The notes under the pieces: model-generated | Told to the model about the DNA's origin: nothing | Databases searched by the model: none | Seen by the model: the letters and a program-made list of their open reading frames with translations, nothing else | Shown here: positions 35,820 to 45,624 of the stretch, piece after piece | Layout of the letters: each line of letters starts with the position of its first letter | Numbering within the stretch: the first letter of the stretch is position 1 | Made by a program: the position numbers and the translations under genes | DNA from: Acidimicrobiales bacterium | GTDB lineage: Bacteria > Actinomycetota > Acidimicrobiia > Acidimicrobiales > Bog-793 | Direction of reading: 5' to 3' | NCBI GenBank assembly: GCA_050014835.1 | Contig: JBEKCO010000009.1 | Span: 1 to 62,989, forward strand | Length of the DNA: 62,989 nt

Positions 35820-37406
35820 GTGCGGATCGCCGCCCTCGACCTCGGTAGTAACTCGTTCCACATGATCGTCGTCGAGGCGCGCCCCGACGGCAGCTTCGTG
35901 CCGCTCGTGCGCGAACGGGAGATGCTCCGGCTCGGCGACATCGTCGCCCGCGACCGCGTCATCGGCCGGGCCGCGGCCGACGAGGCGATCGCGGTGGTCG
36001 CCCGGTTCAAGGCGATCGCCGAGATGAACGGCGCGGACGAGATCATCGCCCTCGGCACCTCGGCGATCCGCGAGGCCCTCGACGGGGGATCGCTCGTCGA
36101 CCGGGTGAAGACCGAAACCGGCGTGAAGATCCACGTCGTCGACGGCACCCGCGAGGCCGAGCTCATCTTCAAGGCGATCCGCTCGAGCGTGACGATCGAC
36201 CCCGGTCCGGCGCTCGCCGCCGACCTCGGTGGGGGCAGCCTCGAGCTCATCGTCGGCGACCGCGCCGAGATCGCCTTCGCAACGAGCGTCCACCTGGGCG
36301 TCGGCCGGCTCACCGCCGAGCTCGTGGCGAACGACCCCCCGAGCGACAAGGACCTGAAGCGGCTGCGCGCCCGGATCGCCAGCACGATCGAGCCGGTGCT
36401 CGACGAGATCCTGGCGCTGCGGCCCCGGCAACTCATCGGCTCGTCGGGGACGTTCGTGTCGCTCGCCCGCATGGCCTCGGCCGGCCGCGACGGGGTCGTC
36501 CACGAGGTCGTGAACCAGCTCACCGTGGGGCGCGCCGATCTCGAGGCGCTCCGGGACCGCATCTACGCCCTGCCGGGCGCCGAGCGCGCCAGGCTGGCCG
36601 GGGCGGAGCCGAAACGGGTCGACCTCTTGCCGGCGGGGATGGCCGTCCTCGACCACCTGATGGTGGCGACGGGTCTCGACGAGCTCACCGTGAGCGACTG
36701 GGCGTTGCGCGAGGGGATCGTCATCGACGCCCTCGGCGGGCGCGACCGCGTCGAGCTCCTCGACGACCCGCGCGAGCTGCGGCGCTGGTCCGTCCTCGTG
36801 CTGTGCCGCCGTTCGAACTGGCGCCAGGAGCACGCCCGCCAGGTCGCGGCGCTCGCGGTGCAGCTCTTCGACGAGACCGTGCCGATCCACGGGCTCGGGC
36901 CCGCCGAGCGGGACCTGTTGGAGTTCGGGGCGCTCCTCCACGACATCGGCGAGCACATCAGCCGGCAGGACCACGACCGCCACACCGCCTACCTCATCGA
37001 GCACGGGGGGCTGCGGGGCTTCTCGCCCCAGGAGGTCCGGATCCTCGCGACGATGGGCCGCTACCACGTGCGCGGCACCCCGAAGCTCGCCTTCGAGCCG
37101 TTCGCCCAGCTGCGCAGGCCCGACCGCGCCCGGGCCGTCGCCCTCACGGCGATCCTGCGCCTCGCCGACAGCCTCGACGCCTCCCACCGGGGGCTCGTGC
37201 GGTCGGTCCGGGTCGAGGCCGAGGCGGGGCGTCCCCTCGCGCTCGTCATCGGCGCGGCCGGCGAGCCCGAGCTGGAGGCGTGGACGCTGCGGCGCAAACA
37301 GAAGATGTTCGAGCGGACCTTCGACGTCGAGCTCGCCCTGCGGGTCGAGGCGACGGGGCACGGGGGCCTCGACGCCGTCACCTCGGCGGGCTCGGGCCTC
37401 GGCTGA
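35820..37406 (+). CDS. ppx: Exopolyphosphatase (Ppx/GppA) with C-terminal HD domain
   Basis: IAALDLGSNSFHM, GTSAIREA, LLHDIGEHIS. Confidence 0.85.
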   Translation: MRIAALDLGSNSFHMIVVEARPDGSFVPLVREREMLRLGDIVARDRVIGRAAADEAIAVVARFKAIAEMNGADEIIALGTSAIREALDGGSLVDRVKTETGVKIHVVDGTREAELIFKAIRSSVTIDPGPALAADLGGGSLELIVGDRAEIAFATSVHLGVGRLTAELVANDPPSDKDLKRLRARIASTIEPVLDEILALRPRQLIGSSGTFVSLARMASAGRDGVVHEVVNQLTVGRADLEALRDRIYALPGAERARLAGAEPKRVDLLPAGMAVLDHLMVATGLDELTVSDWALREGIVIDALGGRDRVELLDDPRELRRWSVLVLCRRSNWRQEHARQVAALAVQLFDETVPIHGLGPAERDLLEFGALLHDIGEHISRQDHDRHTAYLIEHGGLRGFSPQEVRILATMGRYHVRGTPKLAFEPFAQLRRPDRARAVALTAILRLADSLDASHRGLVRSVRVEAEAGRPLALVIGAAGEPELEAWTLRRKQKMFERTFDVELALRVEATGHGGLDAVTSAGSGLG

Positions 37407-37409
37407 CGC

Positions 37410-38513
37410 CTAGTCGACCGGTGGGGGCTCCGGCGGGGGGAGCCGCACCGCAAGGTCGGCGAGGGCGCGTCGCCCGGCGCCGAGCCCCTCCCCGCGGTGC
37501 AGTCGCAACGACAGGTAGGAGGCGGCGCCGATCGGGATCGGCAGCCAGAAGTTGACGATCCGCCAGCCGAGCACGCCCAGGAGCGCGACGTTCTTCGTCA
37601 CGCCGAAGCTCGCCAGCAGTAGCGGCAGGGACGCCTCGACGAAGCCGAGCCCGCCCGGCGTGATGGGGATCGCGGCGAGCACGTTCGCGATGCCGTAGGC
37701 GGCGAGGAGCTCGATCGGGTTGACGTAGCGCCCGAGAGCGGCGAGGAACGCCCAGAGCGCCGCGGCGTCGAGCAGCCAGTTCGCCGCGGCCCAGACGAGG
37801 GCGGAACGGAGCCGGTCGCGGTTCGTCGCCAGGGTGCGCAGCGAGTCGCTGATGTGGCGGAAGGTCTCCTCGAACCGGTCCGGCCGGACGCGCGGCAGCA
37901 GCTCGCCGACCCGCCGCACGAACCGCGCCGCCGGGTCTTCGCCCCGGGTGAGGAGCAGGACGAGGACCCCGAAGAAGGCGAGGGCGATCATGCCGAGCAG
38001 CGCGACGACGATGTAGATCGTGTGGAACCCGGCGAGCGGGATCGAGACGACGAGCGCGAGCCACAACATGACGTTCAGGACGACCGCCGAGCCGATGCCC
38101 TGGGTCGCCATCGTGAAGGCGGCGTCCGTGCCCGTGACGCCGTTCGTCGTCAGCAACCGGTAGCCGAGCCCGGCCGAGGCCGCGCTCCCCCCCGGCACGG
38201 TGTGGGCGACCGCCGTCGTCGAAAGGTCGATCCGGAAAAGGCGCGAGATGCTCGGGCGGTGGTGCGGAAGCACCGTCCAGGTGAGGAGGGCGTAGGTGAA
38301 AAGCGACGCCGCCTCGAAGCCGACGCCGGCGGCGAGCCAGCCGATGTTCAGCTTCTCGAGGTAGTGGACGTTCCTGCTCGCCCCGATGAGCTCCGGGACG
38401 ACGAGGTACTCGACGACGACGACGAGGAGGAAGATGAGGATCCCGTGGCGCAGCGGCGCCGGGACGGCCGCACGCCAGCGCGAACGCGGGCGTGTCTTTT
38501 CCTCCTCGGGCAT
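37410..38513 (-). CDS. Flippase-like / lysylphosphatidylglycerol synthase TM-region family membrane protein
   Basis: 367 aa, about 8 TM segments, UPF0104-like layout ending GGLGFVEASL. Confidence 0.65.
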   Translation of the reverse strand: MPEEEKTRPRSRWRAAVPAPLRHGILIFLLVVVVEYLVVPELIGASRNVHYLEKLNIGWLAAGVGFEAASLFTYALLTWTVLPHHRPSISRLFRIDLSTTAVAHTVPGGSAASAGLGYRLLTTNGVTGTDAAFTMATQGIGSAVVLNVMLWLALVVSIPLAGFHTIYIVVALLGMIALAFFGVLVLLLTRGEDPAARFVRRVGELLPRVRPDRFEETFRHISDSLRTLATNRDRLRSALVWAAANWLLDAAALWAFLAALGRYVNPIELLAAYGIANVLAAIPITPGGLGFVEASLPLLLASFGVTKNVALLGVLGWRIVNFWLPIPIGAASYLSLRLHRGEGLGAGRRALADLAVRLPPPEPPPVD

Positions 38514-38611
38514 CCGACCATGCTTCCACGTCCCCGCGGCGCCCGGTCAACCCCGGCGCGCCGGCGGCGGAAAGACACGGCCCGGCCCCCCGGGTCGGCT
38601 TGACTGGGCAC

Positions 38612-39775
38612 ATGGACGAACCGGCCGGGCCCGCGGGCCGGACGCGGGTCGGTCGTTCGCGGGACGCGGCGGAGGCGACGCGCGAGCGGGCGACCGAGTG
38701 GCTCATCGTGCGCGCGGCGGTCTGGGTGCTCGCCGTCGGATTCGTCTTCACCGTCTTCGCGCTGCTCGCCTGGCGACTGCGGGTGACGTTCCTCCTCCTC
38801 GCCGTGTCGCTTTTCGTCGCCGTCCTCCTCAACCCGTTCGTGCGGGCCTTGTGCCGGCGCGGGCTGCGGCGCGTGAACGCCGTCCTCGTCGTTTACGGCG
38901 TGATCGTCGTCGTCGCGCTGGCGTTCGGCTACCTGCTCTTCCACCCGCTCGTGTCCTCGGCGACGCGTTTCGCCCACGACCTGCCGACCCTCGTGCGCGA
39001 CGCCCAGCACGGCCGGGGCCCGGTCGGCCACCTCGTCGCGCGCCTCCACCTCGAGAGCTGGGTCCGCCGCCACGTCCCGAACCTCGAGAGCGCGATCGCC
39101 AAGCTCTCCCGCCCCGCCTTCGCCGTCGGCAAGACCGTCGTCTCGGGGATCGTCGGGCTCGTCACGATCGCGTTCATCTCGTTCTTCGTCCTCGTCGAGG
39201 GGCCCCGCACCTACGAGACCATCCGGGGGTTCATGACCGAGGAGCACGCGACCCGCCTGCGCCGCGTCACCGACGCGATGGCCCGCGAGGTCACCGGCTT
39301 CATGATCGGCGACCTCGCCACCTCCGTGATCGCCGGCCTCGTCGTGTTCGCCACGCTGGAGGCGACCCACGTGCCCTTCGCGCCGCTGCTCGCCGTGTGG
39401 GTCGGGCTCGTCGACTTCCTGCCGCTCGTCGGGGGGCTCCTCGCCGGGGTGCCGACCGTCGGCGTGGCGTTCCTCCACTCGGCCGTGGCGGGGATCGTGA
39501 CGGTCGTCGTCTTCCTCGTCTACCAGCAGATCGAGAACCACCTCCTCTACCCGCTCATCGTCTCCCGTTCGGTCCGGCTCTCGCCGTTGTGGGTGCTGCT
39601 CGCCGTGCTCATCGGCGCCGAGACCGGCAACATCGTCGGCGCGACCTTCGGCGCGATCGCCGGCGCGATCCTCGCCGTCCCGGCGGCGGGTTCCGTCCAG
39701 GTGGCGGCCCGCGAGCTCCTCGCCGAGCGCCGACGGCCCCCGGCACGCCCGGGCGAGGTGGCCGCCGACGGGTAG
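38612..39775 (+). CDS. AI-2E family transporter
   Basis: Polytopic protein with the C-terminal block ...VDFLPLVGGLLAGVPTV...VYQQIENHLLYPLIVSRSV. ATG 38612. Confidence 0.8.
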   Translation: MDEPAGPAGRTRVGRSRDAAEATRERATEWLIVRAAVWVLAVGFVFTVFALLAWRLRVTFLLLAVSLFVAVLLNPFVRALCRRGLRRVNAVLVVYGVIVVVALAFGYLLFHPLVSSATRFAHDLPTLVRDAQHGRGPVGHLVARLHLESWVRRHVPNLESAIAKLSRPAFAVGKTVVSGIVGLVTIAFISFFVLVEGPRTYETIRGFMTEEHATRLRRVTDAMAREVTGFMIGDLATSVIAGLVVFATLEATHVPFAPLLAVWVGLVDFLPLVGGLLAGVPTVGVAFLHSAVAGIVTVVVFLVYQQIENHLLYPLIVSRSVRLSPLWVLLAVLIGAETGNIVGATFGAIAGAILAVPAAGSVQVAARELLAERRRPPARPGEVAADG

Positions 39776-39784
39776 GGTCTTGGC

Positions 39785-40543
39785 ATGCGGGTCCTTGTCG
39801 TTTTGCCGACCTACGACGAGCGCGAGAACATCGAGGCGATCCTTGAGACGGTGCGCGCCGTCGTGCCGGAGGCGTCCGTCCTCGTCGTCGATGACGGAAG
39901 CCCGGACGGCACGGCCGAGCTCGCCGAGAAGGCCGCCGCGGACCTCGGCGGGATCGAGGTGCTGCGGCGCGCCGGGAAGACCGGGCTCGGCTCCGCCTAC
40001 CGCGACGGGTTCCGCTGGGGCCTCGCCCGGGGCTACGAGGCGTTCGTCGAGATGGACTCGGACTTCTCGCACGACCCGAAGGTGCTGCCCGAGCTTCTCG
40101 GGGCCCTCGGTGACGGCGTCGGGCTCGTCATCGGCTCGCGCTACGTCCCCGGCGGCACGATCCCGAACTGGTCGGTCTCACGCCGGCTGATCTCGCGGCT
40201 CGGCAACATCTACGCCAACGTGCTCCTCGGTCTCGCCGTCGAGGACTCGACCGCCGGCTACCGCGTCTACGCCGCGACGCTGCTGCGCCGCCTCGACCTC
40301 GACCGGGTCCGCGCCGACAGCTACGGGTTCCAGATCGAGATGACCCACCTCGCCCGCCAGGCCGGCGCCGGCATCGTCGAGGTGCCGATCCACTTCGTCG
40401 ACCGGGTCGCCGGGACCTCGAAGATGTCGACCTTCACCGTCGTCGAGGCGTTCGTCCTCGTGACGCGGTGGGGGCTCCACCGGATCCTCCGGCCCTCCTG
40501 GCGCCGGTCGGTCGTGCGCACCGGAGTCGCCGAGGGCTCCTGA
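39785..40543 (+). CDS. ppm1: Polyprenol monophosphomannose synthase (GT2)
   Basis: VVLPTYDERENI, VVDDGSPDGT, MDSDFSHDP, GYRVY. Confidence 0.85.
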   Translation: MRVLVVLPTYDERENIEAILETVRAVVPEASVLVVDDGSPDGTAELAEKAAADLGGIEVLRRAGKTGLGSAYRDGFRWGLARGYEAFVEMDSDFSHDPKVLPELLGALGDGVGLVIGSRYVPGGTIPNWSVSRRLISRLGNIYANVLLGLAVEDSTAGYRVYAATLLRRLDLDRVRADSYGFQIEMTHLARQAGAGIVEVPIHFVDRVAGTSKMSTFTVVEAFVLVTRWGLHRILRPSWRRSVVRTGVAEGS

Positions 40544-40681
40544 GAAGGCGCCCGTGGCGGACCCGGCGGTCAGGTGACGGGTCCCGGCCGTGAGACGCCG
40601 GGTTGCCGGCGGTCGGGCACGGCGGCGTCACCTCGCGCCACAGGCCGGGCGGAAGGCGCCCCCCGTCGCCCGCACCGGTCG

Positions 40682-41695
40682 TCAGCGGCCGAGGATCTCG
40701 TCGATCCGCCGGAGGTGACCGGCCGGCAACGGTCCGAAGCGGATCGCGCCGACGTTCTCCTCCACCTGGGCGGGCGTCTTGAACCCGGGGATCGGCACGG
40801 CGGCCGGGCTGCGGGCCCAGAGCCAGCCGATTGCCCCCTGCACGAGGCTGCGGCCACCGTCGGTGAGGACCTCACGTAGCGCGTCGAGCTTGGCGAGCCA
40901 CCGCGGTTCGGCGCTGCCGTCCGGGCGGAACATGTCCCCCCAGCCGAGCGCTGTCTCCTGGGCCCGCCAGTCGTCGGCCGGCAGCCGGGAGTCGGGCCCG
41001 TACTTGCCCGACAAGAAGCCGGAGGCGAGCGGGCTGCGGATGAGGGCCGTCATCGAGGTCTTCTCGCAGAGCTCGAAGAACTCGGGCTTGTCCTCCAAGA
41101 CGTTGCAGGCGATCTGGACGGCCGCGCACGTGCCCCGCGCCGCCCAGCGGGCGGCCTGGGGGGGAACGTCGCTGCTCCAGCCGAAGTGCCGGATGAGACC
41201 TTGTGACTGCAACTCCTCGAGCGTGCCGGCCGCGGCGTCGGCCGCGGCGTCGGGGAGGCTGCCGACGTGGAGCTGGTAGAGGTCGATGTGGTCGCGACCG
41301 AGACGCCGCAGCGACGCCTCGCACGCCGCCCGGATCTCGGCGGGCTGGACGCGGAGCTTGTCCGTTGCGTCGCCCTCGTCGCCCACCGTGAATCCGAACT
41401 TCGTGGCGACGAGGACCTCGTCGTGGCCGCGCAGCGTCTGGCCGACGAGGGTCTCGCTGTGGCCGCGGCCGTAGACGTTGGCGGTGTCGAACAACGTGAC
41501 GCCGAGATCGAGGCCCCTTTCGATCGCGGCGACCGACTCGTCGTCGTCGACGCTCCCCCAGCCGATCGTGTGGCCGTCGTCGCGGATGACCGGGCCTCCG
41601 ATCGCCCAGCATCCGAGCCCCATCACGCCGATCTCCGGCCCCGTGGCCCCGAGCCGGCGCGCCGGGACGGGGTTGGATCGCAGGTTCTCGCCCAT
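40682..41695 (-). CDS. Aldo/keto reductase
   Basis: ATG 41695 follows GAGGAGGAG. DTANVYGRGHSE, IDLYQLH. Only the last 337 aa of the 636-aa track ORF. Confidence 0.85.
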   Translation of the reverse strand: MGENLRSNPVPARRLGATGPEIGVMGLGCWAIGGPVIRDDGHTIGWGSVDDDESVAAIERGLDLGVTLFDTANVYGRGHSETLVGQTLRGHDEVLVATKFGFTVGDEGDATDKLRVQPAEIRAACEASLRRLGRDHIDLYQLHVGSLPDAAADAAAGTLEELQSQGLIRHFGWSSDVPPQAARWAARGTCAAVQIACNVLEDKPEFFELCEKTSMTALIRSPLASGFLSGKYGPDSRLPADDWRAQETALGWGDMFRPDGSAEPRWLAKLDALREVLTDGGRSLVQGAIGWLWARSPAAVPIPGFKTPAQVEENVGAIRFGPLPAGHLRRIDEILGR

Positions 41696-41811
41696 CTCCT
41701 CCTCGAGTCGCACGCGGACCAGAAACAATAGGCGCGCCCGTCGGGTGCGGTCGTTTCTGCAAACAGGATCCGCGGGCTCGACGCACGAGGACGGTGCCGG
41801 TGGCGACATGG

Positions 41812-42105
41812 TCACCGGGGAGGGTGAAGCTCCACCAGATCCGCGTCCTGCCCGGGGCGGTGCCGTCCGGGATCGAGCGTCATTTCGAAGCGGACCTCGC
41901 CGTGGGCGGGGACCGAGGCGTCGCCGGGTCGACAGGCCGGGGCGTCGGTCGCGGGCGGCACCGTCGAAAGCGGGCGGGGGAGCGAAGGGGCCGCCGACCG
42001 GTCGATCCAGGGCACGAGGCTGGCGGCCCCGTCGCCCGACCCGGCGCATCCCGCAAGCAACCCCGAAAGGATGAGGGTCGCGAACAGTGGTGCGGCCACC
42101 GGCAC
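41812..42105 (-). CDS. Putative lipoprotein, probably a truncated or frameshifted remnant
   Basis: Signal peptide with lipobox (LILSGLLAGC). The last ~25 aa look non-native, and an alternative frame (IPDGTAPGRTRIWWSFTLPGDHVATGTVLV) looks more protein-like. Confidence 0.3.
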   Translation of the reverse strand: MPVAAPLFATLILSGLLAGCAGSGDGAASLVPWIDRSAAPSLPRPLSTVPPATDAPACRPGDASVPAHGEVRFEMTLDPGRHRPGQDADLVELHPPR

Positions 42106-42275
42106 CGCGGACCCCGCCCGGACCGGTCACGGCCGCGGGTGGCCACCTTGCGCCGCGCGGTCTTGCGCCCCGACACGAACCCCGGCATCGCCCGCTCCCG
42201 TGCCTCCCTACCCCGAGACCTGGCCCGTCTCGCACCGCCGCGCGCGAAGCATGGCACCGGCGCGCGGCGGCGCGT

Positions 42276-43115
42276 TCAGCGCGGCGGGCCGGCGTCGATG
42301 CGTTGGCGGGCGGAGTCCACGCCGCCCCGCCACCAGCCGAGCGCTTCGACCCACCAGGTGAGTCCCACCGCGGCGTACTCGCCGATGCGCGCCGTGTCGC
42401 GCCTGCCGGGCGACGTCGCGCCCTCGAGAGCGACGTCGAACGGCGTGGCGCGATGCGTGGCGACGTAGTCGACCACGGCACCGAGCTCTTCCGGGGGCAT
42501 CGTCTCGCCCGACCCGTAGGAGGCGTGGATCGGGAAGACGCCGTCGAAGCGCGCCGCCCGTCGGAAAGGCGCGCGGTTCGGCCACCTCCCACCGATCCAG
42601 ATGGGGATGCGCGGGCGTTGGAGCGGCACCGGGGTCATCGCCGGCGCCTCGACCTGGAAATGCCTTCCCTCGTGGGCAAAGGGCAACCCCGCCCACGAGG
42701 CGGTGACGATCTCGAGCGCCTCGTCGAGCCGTCCGGCGCGCTCGGTCGCGTCGGACGGCAGACCGAAGGCGGTGAATTCCTCGGTGCGCGACCCGAGACC
42801 CGCGCCGAGGATGAAGCGGCCGCCGGAGAGCTGGTCGATCGTCGCGGCGCGCTTCGCGACCTCCCAGGGCAGCTGCCGGGCGAGGAGGGCGACACAGAGC
42901 CCGAGACGGATGCGCTCGGTCCTTGCCGCGACGGCGGCGAGGGTCACCCAGGGGTCGACGACGGGCCAGTCGTCGGCGTAAAGCAGGTGATCCCACAGGA
43001 AAAAGCCGTCCCAACCCGCCCGTTCCGTCGCTGTCGCGAGCTCGGCAAGCAGGTTCGGATCGGCGAACTGCCCGACGTTCGGCAGGTCGATCGCGTAACT
43101 GACGTCGCCGGTCAC
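42276..43115 (-). CDS. LLM class (luciferase-like) flavin/F420-dependent oxidoreductase
   Basis: AERAGWDGFFLWDHL, IRLGLCV, GGRFILGAGLG. GTG 43115. Confidence 0.75.
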   Translation of the reverse strand: MTGDVSYAIDLPNVGQFADPNLLAELATATERAGWDGFFLWDHLLYADDWPVVDPWVTLAAVAARTERIRLGLCVALLARQLPWEVAKRAATIDQLSGGRFILGAGLGSRTEEFTAFGLPSDATERAGRLDEALEIVTASWAGLPFAHEGRHFQVEAPAMTPVPLQRPRIPIWIGGRWPNRAPFRRAARFDGVFPIHASYGSGETMPPEELGAVVDYVATHRATPFDVALEGATSPGRRDTARIGEYAAVGLTWWVEALGWWRGGVDSARQRIDAGPPR

Positions 43116-43231
43116 GGCGACATCATGCCCGCGGGCGGGCCCGGGCGAACAGCCGCGCGACCGGTCCTCGGTCCGGCTGTCGAGGCCGCGTCGCGCGTGA
43201 TGCCGGACCGGACAAGCCGGCCGCCGCGTGA

Positions 43232-43771
43232 CTAGCGACTGCCGGCGAAAACCACCAGTCCGGGGTGCGCGAGCCCCATGGCCTCGCCGAGGGTCCTCCA
43301 GAATTGCGGTGACCGGGCGGTCCACCGCGCGCCGCCAAGACCGGTCACCTTCTGGCAACCCGTCGCCTCGGCGTGCACGACCGGGAACGTGTGGGACCGC
43401 GACGCGAACGTGAGCTGGTAGGAAATGCCCCAGTCGGCCGGGCAGTGCAGGCCGGTGCGCGGCATCTTCGGGAGTGCGCACAACGCCCGGGCGACACGGC
43501 GCAGCGCTGTCGCGTCGGTCACGGTGACGACGTCGGGGAAGGCGAAGCGGAACTGGTTCTTCGCCAGCGCGTCGGCGCGGCCGACGACGAGACGGTCGAG
43601 GCCGGCGACCGAGCTGCACAACGCGGGGGCGGCGACGGATCTCGCGACCGACTCCGACGGACGCGCCGTGCCGCCGGCGCTTGCCGCCGCGGTGAGCGCC
43701 CAAGCTCCGGCGCAGCACATCACGGCGACGATCCCGACCCGGTGCCAGGGTCGTGCGGTTCGAAGCCTCAC
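43232..43771 (-). CDS. Secreted hypothetical protein
   Basis: N-terminal signal-like segment (VGIVAVMCCAGAWALTAAASA). Several Cys in the mature part. No recognised motif. Confidence 0.45.
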   Translation of the reverse strand: MRLRTARPWHRVGIVAVMCCAGAWALTAAASAGGTARPSESVARSVAAPALCSSVAGLDRLVVGRADALAKNQFRFAFPDVVTVTDATALRRVARALCALPKMPRTGLHCPADWGISYQLTFASRSHTFPVVHAEATGCQKVTGLGGARWTARSPQFWRTLGEAMGLAHPGLVVFAGSR

Positions 43772-43909
43772 TGGCCCTCCTCCTCAAAGACGTGACCTTC
43801 GCGTCCTAATAGACGCTCCCGCGGGCTGACAGGTTCGATTCTGCCGCGACCGGGACGGCGACCCCTTTGCTCGTCACCCCGTGTGCTTTTCGAGCTCGCC
43901 GCACGGTCC

Positions 43910-44461
43910 CTACTCGGCCGGGAAGTGGACTTCGGCCTGCCACTTGCCGGTGAGACGCACGTTGCACAGCGCCTTGCCGGCCCGCAGGGCCCAGTCGAGG
44001 ACGACCTCGGGGGACGCCGCCGCTGGCACCTGCACGACGAGACCCCGACGGGGGTGGTCCTGCTCGACGAGCCATCCTGCGGGGAGCGTGACGTCCTGCG
44101 ATCGCAGCCGGGCGGCGGCGTCCCGGCCGCAGGCGTGCATGATGCCGAGCTTCGCCGGGTCCCGCCCGCGGCGGTCCTGTCCCGCCGCGACCCAGGTGCA
44201 CATCGTGACGCCCGGGTTCCCGCCCCCGAAGATGGCCGCCAGGCCGGTCGGCATCGTCGGGCCGTCCTCGTCGTCGACGACCGCGGGAAGCAGGTTGATC
44301 CAGCCGTCGCGGGCGTCGGACAGCTGTCTCATGCAGGCGGCGACCATCGCCGAGTCGTCGGGGGCGAACTCGAACCTCTCGACGTTGCGCCGCCTCGACC
44401 CCACAGGGGCAGCTTGGCAGGTTGAAGGGCCGAACGAAGGGCGGCACGGGCGAGGACCCAC
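43910..44461 (-). CDS. Hypothetical protein
   Basis: Protein-like composition. Start uncertain. No recognised motif. Confidence 0.4.
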   Translation of the reverse strand: MGPRPCRPSFGPSTCQAAPVGSRRRNVERFEFAPDDSAMVAACMRQLSDARDGWINLLPAVVDDEDGPTMPTGLAAIFGGGNPGVTMCTWVAAGQDRRGRDPAKLGIMHACGRDAAARLRSQDVTLPAGWLVEQDHPRRGLVVQVPAAASPEVVLDWALRAGKALCNVRLTGKWQAEVHFPAE

Positions 44462-44486
44462 CGCCCGTGTCTCGCCTGCCGCAGCG

Positions 44487-45263
44487 TCAGGCGCGGGCCT
44501 GCTCGAAGACGCGTGCGGCGGCGTCGAAGACGGTCCTCGTCGCGACTTCGATGAGTATCGAACGCAGCTCCGTCGACATCACCTCGAGGCCCCAGGGGCC
44601 CGGGAATCCCAGGCTGTCGATCGCGCGGATGAAGCCGACGACGTCGACGTCGCCCTCTCCCGGGGCGAGGCGGTTGTCGAACGTGTCGTCGTAGAGGGTG
44701 CCGACCGGTTGGGCGCGCCCGTCGCTCATCTCGACCGCGAACACGTACTCCGCCGGGAGCTTCTCGACGAGTTCCGCGTAGGCCGTCCCGCTGCGGAAGA
44801 TGTGCCAGATGTCGACGAGGAGCCCGCCGGCGGGGTTGGCGATCGAGCGCACGAGCTCGGCGGCGGGAGCGATCGCCCTCATCATGGAGTCGGCCGGTGG
44901 CTCGAGGGCGATGCGGGTCCCGTGGGCCCGCGCCTCGGTGGCGAGGCGGTCGAACTCCTCGGCGAGGCGCCCCTCGTCGTAGTCCTCCACACGGTGGCTG
45001 AGACCGACCTTCACGTGATCGACGCCGAGCTCGGCGGCCGCCTCGAGCAGCACGGCTCGGACCTCGTCCGAAGCGCGGCGCCTATCTCCCCGGGTCCACC
45101 AATCCTCCAGGTACTCGACCTCGACGAACCGGATCCCCTCGTCGGCGAGGAGCCGCGCCATCGCCGGATAGCCGATGGTCGCGCGCGCGACCTCCAGATC
45201 GGGGGCGGCGATTCCGAACCCGCGATACCCGGCGTGCGCGGCCGTCCGGACCCGTTCCTTCAC
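44487..45263 (-). CDS. Sugar phosphate isomerase/epimerase (xylose isomerase-like TIM barrel); N-terminus displaced by a frameshift
   Basis: AAHAGYRGFGI, VEVEYLEDWW, RIALEP, VDIWH. A better start (GAGGAG-5 nt-ATG at 45352, MTLLPDLLAT) lies in another frame. Confidence 0.8.
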   Translation of the reverse strand: MKERVRTAAHAGYRGFGIAAPDLEVARATIGYPAMARLLADEGIRFVEVEYLEDWWTRGDRRRASDEVRAVLLEAAAELGVDHVKVGLSHRVEDYDEGRLAEEFDRLATEARAHGTRIALEPPADSMMRAIAPAAELVRSIANPAGGLLVDIWHIFRSGTAYAELVEKLPAEYVFAVEMSDGRAQPVGTLYDDTFDNRLAPGEGDVDVVGFIRAIDSLGFPGPWGLEVMSTELRSILIEVATRTVFDAAARVFEQARA

Positions 45264-45624
45264 CGAGTGGGAGCTGACGCCTCCGTTGCGGGCCGGGACG
45301 ACGTCACCCGCCGAGGTCCAGAGGTGGCCAGCAGATCGGGCAGGAGTGTCATCGCGACTCCTCGTCGTGGGAGTGGGTGCCTATGCGCCTCTGTATTCAC
45401 GAATCATCAAAGCGGAAACCCGACGGCCGGCTTCCGGATTCGGCATGGCCCGGAAGGGTCGTGGGCGCACCGGATCGCCGGTGGAAGGACCGACCCTGGT
45501 CCGACGACGCCTCGGGGCCGAGGTTTCCGATAGCCACATGGAGCTCGTGTTGCCCGTCGCGGCGACCGCCGCCGCGAAGCCCGCGAACTGCGGACGTCGC
45601 CGCGCGTCTGTCGCCGAGATCGGG

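Noticed and set aside
45353-45624. Riboswitch or ncRNA in the 270-nt gap upstream of the sugar isomerase
   Set aside because: Several hairpins are present, as expected at this G+C, but I could not match any conserved riboswitch core.
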